DNA from: Gordius albopunctatus
Taxonomy: Eukaryota
Length of the DNA: 64,000 bases
Direction of reading: 5' to 3'
Assembly (NCBI GenBank): GCA_964276515.1
Contig: OZ193909.1
Span: forward strand, 6,696,001 to 6,760,000
This document shows, piece after piece, positions 15,301 through 30,300 of the stretch; positions within the stretch are counted from its first letter, which is position 1; the number at the start of each line of letters is the position of its first letter. The notes beneath the pieces are model-generated. The model was given only the letters and a program-made list of their open reading frames with translations. It had not been told where the DNA came from and ran no database searches. The translations under genes and the position numbers were made by a program.

Positions 15301-18300
15301 TCCAACACGATTTCCATACACGGATTAATGCCATCCGTTGAGTTATAGCGCCTTTTTATATCTTTTTTTGTCGTGAATGTAATTTTTTTTATATTTTTTA
15401 TACCGTTTCCTTATTTAAACTAATTAGAATAAACTTTCCCTAATGCACTCTTAAGAAAATTATGTTAAAGTAGGGAGTGTGAAATGTGATTTGTCGATTA
15501 GGCCTATTTATTTAATAAAAGCATATTAATTATTTTTCGCTAAATAATTAGTAGGATAGGCAATGTTTAGAAAAAATATTTATAGAAGAATATGTGTTCG
15601 AAAATAATAAAAAGGACATCTTCACAAAAATAATTTAATGTAGTGCCAAAAATAATAAAAAGTAGTAAATTTTTATTAAATAAACAATTTTATGATCGCT
15701 TATTTAATAGTTCCAGAACCTCCGCTAAATTTGAGAATTGAGCGTTTGATAGGGATGGATTTGCAATTGTTTTGGGATCCATCGATCGAAGAATATAACG
15801 ATCGATTTTTGGGATATATGGTAGAAATGAGTGTTTGTGGAGGTGAATGGGTGTGTCTCAATGCTGCTCCTGGTAAAAATACTTTAGTTTTCCGTTCACC
15901 TTTATAAATTAAATTGTATCCACATTTTTAAAACAAAATCGTACAAATTTGATTTCATTTTGTTAAACTTTCAAATTTAAAATAAAATATTAAATTAATA
16001 ACTATTAAATTGTTAAAAAATATTTTTACATTAATTTATGTTTTCATTAATAATTTTATTTAGTCTTGGAACATTTTTACGTGGTAACGAATCTTAACGA
16101 AGGTCAAGATTACGCGTTCAGAGTTAGAACCGAGACGATGTTTGGCCTATCACCACCTACTGTGCCATCGAACACCATGTTTGTTGAATATTTTAGGGGT
16201 ACATAAAATTGAAATTTAACTCATTCCTCAATCTTCTGTAGCAAATATTTACAATTATATCTTCTTTAAACAATTTAATTTATTGCCAGGTCCATTATTA
16301 GAAGAAAGAGTTCCTTACAGATTTAGAGTGAGACATTTTGAAGTTTTGGAAGCCATTTTTCCCCATTCAGGACTCATTGTTCGTGATATAGAATGGTAAT
16401 TTAATTTAGAAACAATTTTTAATATTTAATTTGCGTTTTATAAGTTAACTTATTTAGGCCTCAATAATTTTAAATTTAATTTATCATAGGATGGTTGAAG
16501 GCGAAGTAATAGCGCCGTCTTCCAAAAATTGGTGGATATGTCACCCTGATCATATCGTGTTTTTTATACCAAAAGTGACGGCCGACTTTGCCGGACAGCA
16601 TCACATAACGCTTTGGACCGATTATGGAATTGAGCATTTTGATTTTTTTGTGACTATATTTGGTAATAATCATAAATAATTAAATAAAAATATATATATT
16701 TTTGATAACAAAATTTACCAATAAAAAATAAAATTTAAGGACCTCCTGGACCCATTGGTGAGCCGATATTAATTGATCAAATTTCAAAAGATGGGTGCTA
16801 CCTCAACTGGATCCCACCCCAATTCGATGGCGGCGCTGAAATAACGTGAGTTTTTAAAATGTTCCCTTTCTTTCTAACAATTTATTTTATTAAACATATC
16901 TACTCTTATTAAACTTTAAAATATATTTATCTTCGACACTTTCTCATTATAAAAAACTATCCAGAAACTATGTAATTGAGTTTCGGGAAAGAGGAAAATT
17001 GAGTTGGAAGCTCGTTGCAAAATTTTGTATCAAACCACATTACCCGATTATGGAATTGGAACCGGGGAGAGATTATCAATTTAGGATTTTTGCTGAAAAT
17101 ATTTACGGTCCATCCATGCCTGTCGAAACGGGCTTTATAACTACGCTTCCCGATATTTGTAAATTCATTTTTCTCTATGCAATCCGTATAAAGCTACTTT
17201 GTTTATAGGAAATTCTGGCAAATTTGATTAAACATTTAACAGGTGTACCTGATGCCCCAGGAATTCCCGTTTGTATGGGAGAGGGACCAGGATTTTTTAA
17301 ATTAGGGTGGAAAGCACCTCTCTTCGACGGTGGTTTGCCAATTTTAGGTAAGTAATATTAATCCTGTATTGAAAATCAATGTATGTTTTCTATTTATTTA
17401 AAAATTTTCCTTTTTAGTCTTGTATTATACAACTATGCCGAGATAATAATTAAAATTTGATTATGTGGTTTCCCATACAACATGTGTATTCAAATTAGAG
17501 TAATGTGATGATATTTAATAAAGTTTTTAAAAATTTATCTATAAGAATGATTGCAACGGATAATTATAATTGGCACAAAGGAATATAGTGATCAAACTTA
17601 GTTTTAATGACAGAATTTTTTTGAATATTATATATTATATCAAAACTTTAATTTACAAGATATCTTAAGTAATCATACACTTTGTTCTTGTACCAGTTCA
17701 TGAACAATTTTTAGACTTTTCCCCCATTCAGTGATTTTCCCGGACCTTTCGTGCATGTGTAGACTAATTATATTTTCCCCCCAATTTATCGCAAAGGTTT
17801 TCGGGTCGAGAGAAGGTACATTGACGACGACAGGTGGATGATTTTGTTAGATTGTCATCCCTTCAATCAATTCGTAGACGATCGCATTTATCGACGAACC
17901 GTGGATTTTTGTTACCGCGTTTTCGCAGTTAATCAATTAGGTTGTGGGCCTCCAAGTTTGCCTTCGCCTTTCTTCACCCATTTCGAAGGCAAAAAACCAA
18001 AGCTCATGTCATCTTTGGTCTCATCCGAACCGAAACTTTTTAGACTTAGGGTTAAAGATCCCTTTTCTATTAAGATCGAATATTTGTCAGAGGATAAACC
18101 GGTCACCATAACATGGCTCAAGGATAATTACCCCGTTAGGTATATCATAGCTCTAACGCAAAGGTTTTAGTTCACCCTTTTTATTTATTAAAAGTGGAAA
18201 ATGACTTATTAATAAATAAAAATTTAGGTAAACTGGTGTTGGGTTCGGGTTTTTAACAATAAAAAAATTTCTAAATATGATCTAATTAAAAATACAAAGC

Positions 18301-21300
18301 GGACTAATTTCGTTAAATTGTGTTAAAAATTTATAGATGATCAAAATCTGGTAGTATTTTGATTGAGAAATAAGATATATCATCTTGTTTGAATCGCGAA
18401 ACCTGAACATTTCTAAATTTAAAAATTGTGTTCAGCAAGATTTGAATATAGTACTAGATAAATTCAAATCTTTGTTCAGGGTTAGAGTCGATCATAACTT
18501 AATTTTTAATTAATTGAAAGTAAAATGTCATTAAAAACTGCATTTATTTCTTAACAATTTCTGCGTTGCTTTTCCATATTTACCACGGCTTAAAATATAA
18601 AAACTAATTTACGAGTAACTATTTTAGAATTCTTGGTACGGACGTCCAGGAAGAAATGGATAGTGCTACTTTCCGAATTTTTTCGTGCAAACCTGAAGAC
18701 GATGGTAATTACGAATGCATTTTTTCCAATAAATATGGATCGGTATCCGCTTATTTTACCATAATGATAATCGATGTGCCCTCTCAACCAATCGGTCCCG
18801 TCCTTGTGATGGACCCGACCCCTACTTCGGTGCGATTGCATTGGAAAACACCAGACTTTTTGGGTGGAAATAAGTTAACAGGTTATATAATCATATATAA
18901 ACATGCAAGGGCCTTTGGATAAATTTTTTTAACAACGACCTTTAAATAGCCTAAAATCAAAAACACTAAAAATTATTAAATTAAAGCCTTAATTAACTTT
19001 AAAGAAAGAGTGTATTGCTGAATAGCATAAATAATTGTCTATAAATTACAATTGTTATAACAATATATTGTTTAAATAATAATAATAAAGCCCAATATAA
19101 CGAAAAATTAATTTCTCACATTGAAAATCACATAATGAAATACAATATTAAATATTACACAATCTCTTATACCAATAAACAATCAAGATCTAAGTAAAAA
19201 CACTTTTGAATGCTTTAAAATTTATAAATACCTGAAGGTTATACCGTGGAATATCAAGATATTGAGACAGATCGATGGGCAAAACTCCCCTTTACAATTT
19301 CATCCCCATCCTGTTTACTCGAAGGAATCAAAGATGACAAAAGATATATGGTATTTTGATGTTACTGAATCATAGTTTATTATGCAAGAATGGGTACCAT
19401 ATTGGGTAAAATCCCCCCTAATGTTTAAAATAACCCAGAAAGTAACAAAAATATTTTAGTGTTTGTTATTGTGGTTTACATTTAATTTTACTTACCTTTG
19501 TTACTGTCCCTTCCCCTCCTATTTGTTATTTCTTCCCCATATATTATTATTGCACGCATCATTAATTTGGCTTACGCACACACAACGTCTGTATCGAGAA
19601 TTGTTTGATTTTTTCGATCATTATATTAATTCTTGTAATTTTCTCGGTCATAAATAAATAAATTAACTCACCATGTAAAGTGAAAAGGTTTAATAAATTT
19701 AGTCTCTTCCTTAATTGAAAGAGGATTCCCCTGACCGCCCGTCTCCCAATATATCCCCATATTCCACAATTCTTCCAATATATTCCTGATTCCCCTTCAA
19801 ATATTTAAATCGTGTTCCCGCGGACTTTTTACAATTCCGCGCGGGACATGATAGTCATATAATAGGTAAATTGCTAGATAATTTCCAAAGACCAGGTCTT
19901 AATAAAATATTTAAAAAATCCCAAAACCCAATCACTTGCTCTAGATTTTAAAGGAACTTATTTTTTAGAAGATTTTTACCGTAAACAATATTTTTTATGG
20001 ATTTATTTTTTGGAATATTAATAAATCCTTAAAAAAATTATTTTTTGTTTTGATTAATTTTAGATCCAAATTCATTATTAAAACCCCTGCATTCTCTAAA
20101 TTTTAACGTTTTAGGTGAAGATATGTGCTCACAATAACATTGGACCAAGCCCACCGCTCTATAGTGCATTAATAGTCGGTGCTAAACCACGACCACTTGA
20201 TTCCATATTTACTCGTCCGATCGCCAAAAACGTTGAATACAACGCCCTAGACCTTGCATGGAGTCCAATTTCAATAAGTGCTGATGATAGCAATTTACAA
20301 GGTTTGCAGAAATAATTTATAATACAAATTATTTAAGGGTCTTGAAAGTTAATATTCATTGTGATTTTTTCGGAATTATACCGAGAGAAGCAGATAGAAA
20401 CGAATGTGATGTGACAAAGGACTGTTACTTTCTTTTATCTTATCGACTGTTTCATTAAAGATATAATCAAGGACACAACGATGCCCGCCCTCTAAATATT
20501 CCACCAATTTTTTACTTAAACAAAAAATTGGTATTTTTATAGCAAAGTACAATTTTAAATCCCTGGCCGACAGCTGGCCACTTTTATTAGATGCACACAC
20601 TTTTTAATTATAATTTTTTTATTTTGTTTTATACCCGCTCTCATATTTTTCGAATTTTCGTTTTTATAATGTTCTTACGTTCAAATAAAAAATATATACA
20701 TTAAAAAAATATATATAAATAATGTGTTAGACCTCACTTGAAACAAAAAAATAACATTTATTTGAAACCAATCTTATTGAAAAACATCTTATTCGAGGCA
20801 GACACTTTTGACAATTTTATACAATTTTTTAATATTATTAAACAAATAATTCGTATATGTTTAATTTATGAAAAAAAATATTTTTTGTCTTGCTCTTAGA
20901 CCGATCTGATTTGATCTTATGGTCTAATTAAACGATCAAAGACAGATCAGATCGGACTGACATACAGGCCTCTAATAATTTTTCTTTTTTAAACATAATG
21001 GAAAACATTTGATAAAGTTATCCCCTTTATAGGCTATTTCGTTGAACAACGTGAATATGGGGGCGATTGGTGTAGGTTAAATGCGTATGCCTTGCGCGAT
21101 AATGGTTCCTTTTACGTAAATAATTTGAAACCGAACGGAAAATACGAATTTCGTGTCTTAGCTCTTATGGAAAATGGTGTGACTTATACCAGTGAACCAT
21201 CTAACTTAATTATTACCCAACGCGAACCAGGTGATTTTTTGCTTAATAGTTAGGCTGATTTAGTCATTAAATATAAAATATTTGAGTTTTTAATTTAAAC

Positions 21301-24300
21301 TGTTACTAATAATAATAGCAATGATGTACAAATAAGCTACTAAGTTTGTTCCAAGGTTGAAATTAATTATATAATTTGGTAGCACCTCCTTCACCGCCGG
21401 AATCCCTTGATGTACTTAACATAAGTCGAGGTGTGATGCTTCTAAAATGGAGCAGCCCGTGCGACATTGGGGAAAGGTTAATATTGAATTACGAAATTGA
21501 AATCAAAGCAAGGATGGACGTGTGGAGACATTGGATCACTGTTCCCGTAAAAAATAGATTTAATTCTTGTTCATCAATTTTAGTTTATAAATATTTAAAT
21601 AAAATTAAAATTTGCAAACAGAAATTTAGGACATTATAAATTTTGTTGAAATAGGGTAATCTTAATGGCGTAGAAATAGTGGATCTTAATCAGGGAGACG
21701 AATACCAATTCAGAGTCATAGCTGCCAATGATATAGGCTATAGCAAACCTAGCGAGCCGTCTCCTTACGTAACATTTACCGATGATACAGGTTAATATCT
21801 AGAATAATTTAAAAATCGTAAGATAGTTTTTTCCAATACTCAATTGGATGCGCAAGGGATTTTTTGCAATTACTCGCAAAGCCATAGGGAAAAATGGAGA
21901 GAATAAATGTAATCGTTTTTTAAATAAAGTGATTACTCAGTATTTTTAATATACCGAACAAGTTACAGCTTTGTTTAGAAGATGAAGAACTCTTCTTGTT
22001 TTTTTTGCACCATACGTTAATTTGTTATATATTTTGACAACAAATCAAATATACCCATGCCTCCATAAAAGCCTATTTTGCACTATTGCAAAGAAGCTTG
22101 CTTTTGTTTAGCTTTGTAAAATCCTGTCAATGTCATACAAATGAACAAAACTACACATAATACCCCGTTGTGACTAGCCCCATCCCCTACTTTTTTAATC
22201 TTAAAAAGAAATAATTCTTTATAAAATAAAACTTAAATTAGCTCAGATTGATTGACCCAAAATAATTTATGTCGAAAACAAAATTTTATTATACTCCCGC
22301 CCCAAAAATTGTCTTTTATCTATATCATGTTTTAAAACTGATTTTTTCTTAACAACATTTTTTATATACCTCCTCATTATAAAATACACATATGGTCAAA
22401 ATATAGATTTTTAATTGTTCTTATTTGTAATAAAAATACTTAAGTTATAAGCGACCCCGGGCTATAACCAGCCCTGGTCTCCTCGATGTAACCACACATT
22501 CAAGCTATATAAGAGACGTTATGGAATTATAGGGACGGAGGAGACTAAGCCTTAATTATTCTATTGTATACCATGTTAGATCCTCCGAGAATTGAGGCCG
22601 CAGTACCGGTCGAAATAATAGCTCACGCCGACAAACCATTTCAAATTTATGTTCCTTGCCATGGCGGCTTTGAGCCCGAATTTCGATGGTACTTTAATCG
22701 AAAACCTCTTAACCCTGGCACTAAATACAGCTACAACAAAGGTGAATTCGCTCTCATAAGAAATCATGATATATATCATTCCTATAATAAAAACAAATTA
22801 GTTATTTGTATATGTCAATATTTATAGTTAGAATCTAGTTTTGCTCTTGTTAAGTCCTTATTAAATAGCGCCTTGAACTCTAATTTCCAAGCTCCTTTAG
22901 TATACTGCCCTCTAAATCTGGACAAGGTCAAATCATTTGAAAACCAAGTTAATAGTTAGTGTCAATATTAATCTGCATATATATTGTAAATGAACATTAT
23001 TTAAGTAACAAATCTAGTTTTGCAATCTATAAACAAATAATCCTACTTTAATTATGGGATCCTAATCTCTACCCCTAAAATCTAATTTACTGCCAGCTCG
23101 GTGGATGACATGGCGTAGCCAGGTGGTGGCAGGGAGGGGCGGCTGTCCCTCTCTAAATCCAGTAATTCGTCAAGATTTATAATTAAGGCTTAAATTAAAA
23201 AAAAATTATCATTTTGCCTCTTCCTAAAACATTATTGCCCCCCCCCTATAGTTTCATCCTGGTTACGCTCTTGGTTGAGGACGCAAATTTTTGTTAAAAC
23301 AACCGAATACGTTAACTTCGCCTCGGGAGGCATCTAGGGCAGCTGCCGCATCTTTCTAAAAATTGCACGATTTTTATGACTAGACTAAGAGATATGTGTG
23401 GTGATAAACCAGCTATATTGAATTACTTACAAAATTTCTCTATAAATAAAACTCTCGTAATCACATTGTGATTCCATGAACACTTAAATTACTATTAAAA
23501 TCTACTGTGTTTGATTAAAACATTGAACTAACAATTAAATATCAAAATTTTTCAATCATCGTTTTCCACTAACTCGGTACTGCTTAGTTACAAATATAAA
23601 TTAAAACTAAAATATCAGATGACGAGGGACAGTTTGTGGTAAATGATTTGCACTTGGATGACACGGGCGTCTATACTTTGGAGATCATCAACAAATTTGG
23701 GCGAGTTCACGCCGATTTTTACTTAAAAGTTCTGAATGTTCCCAGTCCACCCCGAAGGCCATTTGTTGTAGATAATGGAAAACCGCATGAGCTAAGTTTA
23801 AAGTGGAAGCCTCCGAACTCCGATGGAGGCAGACCACTATTGTAAGAAATCGATGAATTACCCTGAATTAAAATAATTCTCATTTTTGTATTAGAGAGTC
23901 CTTTGTTTATAACTGTGTATACGTTTAAATACCACATATTGTCACATACAGCGGCTATACGATAGAAATTTTTGACTTTCTCACCAAATCCTGGGCTACC
24001 ATAATCAACGGGCACAAATATGAAGAAATCATCGTTCCCAATTTGGAACTGGATAAAGATTACCAATTCAGAATATACGCAGAAAATGAAATCGGCAGAT
24101 CCAAACCTCTAGTCAGCGAAGTTGCCCGCCCCAAAATATTATACCGTAAATAGACTAACATAACCTCATCCAAATATTTGTAAATTTTGTTTTATAGTCT
24201 CATCTTATCACTCCAAATTTTTATTTTATACAACATTTTAATTTTAGATAAGCCTCAACCTCCCACCATGCCTGAAATAATCGATTGGGGTTATAATCAG

Positions 24301-27300
24301 GCTAGCTTAGAGTGGAGTTACCCAAAGACGGATGGCGGAAGGTCTGTCATAGGCTATCTTTTAGAAAGGAGAGAATTACCAGAAGGCACGTGGGATCCCG
24401 TTGGGCCTAAAATTATTCGGGTACATTTATTACAAAATCAAGTTTTAAATTGACTTATTTCATTTATTAATGGGTATTTGTCAATTTTAACATTGAATCT
24501 AACAATCATGGGCGTAGCCAGGGGGGTGGCCTAAATGACGAAAAAAAGTTTAAATAAAAAAAGCCTTAAAAATTAAAAAACTTATGTTTCCTCCCCCCCC
24601 CCTAATTAAACTTTTGAACGTTTCGCCCCCCCCAATCCAAACCTGGCTACGCCCATGCTAACAATTGGTATTTTTTCAGGATTTGGCCTACCAGGATACG
24701 TCTATACAGCCCAAACATAGTTATGAATATAGGATATCGGCTTTTAACGATATCGGTTGCAGTGAGCCAAGTGAGCCTTCGTTGGCTGTTCAAGCAACAC
24801 CGTGTAGAGGTATGAGCATTAAATAAATTGTTAATGAAACTCGCCTTAAGCTTGTTTAATGCAATCAGGTCATCTTGAGAGTTTTTAACATCAATTCCGG
24901 CTTAAATACTAATTTTAAATTTAAAATTCTTAACCGATTTCGTAAAAAATTGTTATCTTGATACTTAAGGCGAATTTACCTTGTTAGGGAAACGAATTAT
25001 TATTAATAAAAACATAACGCAGAAGTTGTTTTTAGGGGGAGTAAGGAGAAATACCTCCGACGCCCAGATTGTCCAATAAACCTCACACTTCTACCGCAGT
25101 TATGAAATTCCTCTCATATTAAATTTCTCTAAAGAAAGATATATTTATAATAATTTTTATGGATATCTCTTTTGGTACTTTTATTATAAAGAGAAACCCA
25201 TGATCATCTTGTCGCCAACATTGATTCGCGGACTGAACGTCAGTGCCCACGACCCTTTAAGTATAGGGATCCCATATTCGGCATCTCCAATACCGAAGGC
25301 TTATTTAACTTTCAACGGCAAACCCGTAATTGATTCACCCCATCTAACTTATTGTGTCCAATGGGGCACAGTTAACTTGGGCATTTTCAACCCAACACTT
25401 TTCAATTCTGGCACCTACAAATTGCGACTTGTAAATATAGTTGGATCCGATGAAACGGAATTCAAGCTCAAAATTTTAGGTATTTAGTGTAAACAGCTTG
25501 TAATTATAAAATTAATTATTATTTTGCATTGTCATTTATAGAAATTAAATATTTTTGGATCGTATTGATCAGACTAAAACCTTTTAATAATGCTAAGCTA
25601 AAAATGTTTGGTGCTAGATAAACCCAGTGCCCCGCGGGAACCCATAAAAGTGTATTCGCTGGAGGATGGAATTATAACCATAGAATGGACTGAACCCGAA
25701 TTCGACGGAGGATTGACTATAACTGGTTAGTATAATGCTAGTATTAGATGTTTATTAATTATTATTATTGATTGCAGGCTAAAAATTAAATTTCAAACGA
25801 TATTATAACAGTTGCTCTTTTATATAATGATAATGGCATATTAAATAATATTATAGCATTAGCTCCTTTTTGTTATTTATGTTCTCAAATTGTCCATTAA
25901 AACCCTAAATTTTACCAGCTTACTTAAAATTTTCATTTTCACATTGCAAACCAAACCAAAAACTCAAAGGCTACACAATAGAGAAATATAACCCTGCTTA
26001 CACCGATTGGGAAGAGGTAGGGGCCACTTATGGCACATTATACAAGATTTACGAGGCAGAGCCTGAAACTGGATACGAATATCGGTAGGAATTGCAATAT
26101 TGCAAAAGTTATTTTAATTAAAATTACCAATATTTTGGATAAAATTTCAATTTAATTCTATTATTAGTAATCAGATTCGTCTTCTTGTTTTTATTAATGG
26201 TTCAATTTGCATTACAAATAAATTAGAGGAAAAATATTTTTATAAGAATTTAATTACGATCCAACTACTTGACAAATTATATGATAACAATTATGGTATC
26301 CATAAAAATTTAGCATTTTTTAAGTTAAATAGATATATTCCGACCCGACCATGGGACTATTATCTATTTAGATACAAAGTGCTTATATTTTTTCCCTATA
26401 CTTGATTCCGATATATCAAAATGAGAAAGTTATGCATCAATCTAAATAAAGATTAATAGTATTCACACACAGTGGCTTAGCTATCATTTGTACCTTGGAA
26501 TGGGACCGAACTTAAACTTTACACCAGTGGGGGAACGTCGACGACGATTAAAGATTTTTTCCCACAGCCATTTGTTAACTTAATAATAAATCAGCTATTC
26601 CTTTGAGTAAATTTTTTTCCGAATTCCTTGAACTCCTAGCTTTTTAAGTCCATATCAATATCATGTTACTATTACTTAATATTTACTCTTAACTTCAACT
26701 TACACATGAGAATGCGAAATTAGAGACCTGCAACGGTCGTCTTTATGTCAAGCAGGCAGCCGGTTACAGATAGAAGAAACCTGGGCCCGGTTGTGGCTCA
26801 TCAAAATAATGATATACCCAGTCCATTATTTTTTTAAAAGAGGCCGGGACCCCATACAAATTATTTTCTTTTGCTTCTCTTCATATTCGATTTAAGTTTT
26901 TTTATTGAAATATACTACAGATGTTGATAATAATCATGCAAAAAATAATAATCTTCAAAATATTTAATAGCTTACTCTAATTATAGATTTTTAAAGGGTA
27001 TGATTGGAGTGGACCACATTTATATAGACTCTAAATAACTCTTATCAATTTAAAATGCGCTTTGAGATATTGGTGAATTAATCAGCAACGAGAAAAATCA
27101 AATAGTATTTTCTTTGTTAACTTAATAAACGACCAAATAATTTAAACTAATATAAAGCATTTCAAAAAAGACACCTTACTTTATACTTTATGATACACAA
27201 AAGATCTAAATGATTGTAATCGGCTTTCAGCGAATCTTACTTATATCTATGCCCGGCTCGAGCCCGCTAAGTTATTAAACGGCCCGTCCCCAGGAAGTCA

Positions 27301-30300
27301 ATTTTTTAAAGCAAAATTTGAGTTTTAGGCCCAGCCGGGCCAGACCGTGCCGGTTTTCAAGCAAAATTACCCACAATAGATTATTATTTATTTATAATGA
27401 ATAATGCACATCGTTAAATATCAACAAAACTATATAAATGAAAGGGTTATATTATGGCAAATAAAATTATGGCCTATAGTAAGTTTGTACAAATCAATTA
27501 AAGCCCAAAATGGAACAGGTATAATGACAAGAAAAATTTTTATTTTTGCAAAATGATCAATGGTATTGTCACAATCCCAAATAATTTATCATACATATTT
27601 AATTGAAGCTGTTATTTGGAGCTAAAGGTTTTAAAAATATGTTAAATTTTAATTGCTTGCCTTTGTTTATTGCGTGTAGCTCATTAAAATATTTATCCAA
27701 TAAATATAATTTTAATTTATTAAGTTAAGATATATAAAATAATTTGGGGGCCAGGATTTTTCTTTGCTTTTGTAGGGGCCTTTACCCCCCCCCCCCTAGC
27801 TATGCCACTTTTCACAAACTCGTCCGGATCTCATAAATATGGAAAGAAAGTTTAGATTTTTAAAAACAAAGAAGTTGATCAACGTGTTAAACAAGTTATT
27901 TACAAGCGGATTTCCATTTTAGACACAGGCATACTCGTTTACCCGTTCTCTTTTGTACCTTAATTCAGGATTAAGGCCAAAAATTCTAACGGACTTAGCG
28001 AGCCTTTCACTCTAAGGGCATTCACTACGGCCGAAGTATCAACTAAGCCATCGACTATGGAGCCACCTATCGCCAATGAAGTTGGAAGTGATTACACATC
28101 TCTTATGTGGTACCCCCCGCTTCTTGATGGAAACGAAAAAATAGGTATTTGACTAAAATTTTATAATTTGATATCATTTTATGCATAACCTACTAATATT
28201 ATAGACAGGATAGTTATTTAATTTTGGCCAGAATACGCAATTATTTACTATATTTTTAATGCATTTAAAGTGAATTCAAGTTTTTAAAATAAAATGCTCA
28301 ATGAGACTTGAAGGAGTATGAAATGAACGCCTTAGCAAGAGACATCATCTAAACTTACTTTCATAAATCATAAGTTTATATATTTTTAAAATTTACATTA
28401 TGTGAGGCTATTTTCTGGAGCAACGCAGCACTGATTCGGCCCTCGATAGTTGGTTCAAAATAAACCTCGACCCGATTCACTCTAACAAATACATTGTGCG
28501 AGACTTGTTACCGCGAAAGGCTTACCAATTCAGGGTCTACGCCATCAATAGTTTAGGGTCTAGCACACCAAGCAAACCATCATGCACTATAACTACCACC
28601 TCAAATATTAGTACGATTTCAATAAAATGCCTCGGCATTCTTCGCGGTTAATTAGATAAGACTTGTTTTCTGTATAGATATTAGGATATATTTATTTGCT
28701 GTGAAATTTAAAATATATTATTACACCAAATTATGAGGAGAGTATATCAAATTAAAAATACACTTTATACATTAAATCATGATTTGTATTAAGAAAGTGG
28801 TATTGTAATTTTACTTGTAATTTATCTTTATAATAAATATGATATACCATGAACAAAATGTACTGTTATAAACTCTTTTTCTTAATTCTTTATGCGAAAA
28901 ATCACTTATTTCCCATTTTTTTTGTAAAGGGGCGCCTTCGTTTCCACGGAATTTTCAAGCCATACCAATCATGCCAGATCAGATGTCGTTTGTATGGGAT
29001 AGACCTTCCTATGACGGCGGAGCCAAATCGGGCCTTATTTATTACGTAGAATACCAAGCCTTTTCTCCCAGTTCATGCATCAACGAACCCAACCCGAAAC
29101 AAGCGCAATTGTTATCGTTGAATTGGATCCCTTTAAATATCGAACCCATACATGGTTTAAGTTACGTTACGAAAAGTTTGGATTGCGACCTGCAATACCT
29201 CTTTCGCATATATGCCAGCAACGAAGCGGGTCGGAGTGAACCGCATCAGATTGACCAACTCATACAACCTCCCCATAAATTGTGTAAGCGATATTTCCTT
29301 TTCACAAAAACGAAAATTATAATATTTGATTTATATGAAATTTTGTGAAATTCATTTTAATTTATGAACTATTTTTAAAACTTGTTGTATCGCTATTGTT
29401 GAGCTGAGCTATATTCTCTGATAACGATAGCTTAGGAGCTTAAGTTTAATTTATTGTTATAAAAGATTGTTGTAAATATGCATAAAAGCTTATGGTTGGG
29501 AAAACCTTACCATTAACTTAATTTTTGTCATAGTTATTTTAGACCGTTTTAAAGCATCAATTATAAATACATTATAATATTCATGCGGCACTCTTAAAAA
29601 TTTCGATTATAATATTCAATTTTTTAATGTTTAAAAATTACCTCCAATAATTAAGTCAAATACATTTTTAAAGATATTATACACAGGCTCAATAATCTCT
29701 GAATCTATTAATCATTGTTCATGATTAGAGCCGTTTTAGCATTAATGACAATTATGGAAAAAAAGTGTAAATATTTTTTTGTCCCCATAAAAATTTAAAA
29801 ATATGCTTTCAAACAAAGGCGTTTTTATAATGTTATCAAACTTTGGTTAATTTAGTGCATGCAATAATGGTAAAAATTTATATCTTAATAAGCTCTTCCC
29901 GAAATCACGTCATCTACGTTGAGGGATATTGAAATCCGACCTGGAAACGATCTCTCGTTTTACATATCGTTCCGTGGTTATCCTTCACCCCAAGCCAAGT
30001 GGTTCTTGGACGGGAAGGAAATCATTTCTTGTCCAGGGAATATCGAAATTTTAAACAAGATCGGCAGTTCCGAAATCTCATTTTATCATTTGAATTCGTG
30101 TATTTTTGTAAACCACCTGGCTACCCTTACTCTCGAACTTGCAAACAGCGTTGGAACAGAACGAAAGATGATTAAAATTCGAGTATTAAGTAAGTTGTTA
30201 TAACCTTAAAATCACAGTTAATGTTTTTCATTGAATTATATTATGTGTCGATGAAGAAGTTGTGGTTGGAAATATTAAAGCAAACGTAGCCAAGGCAGTG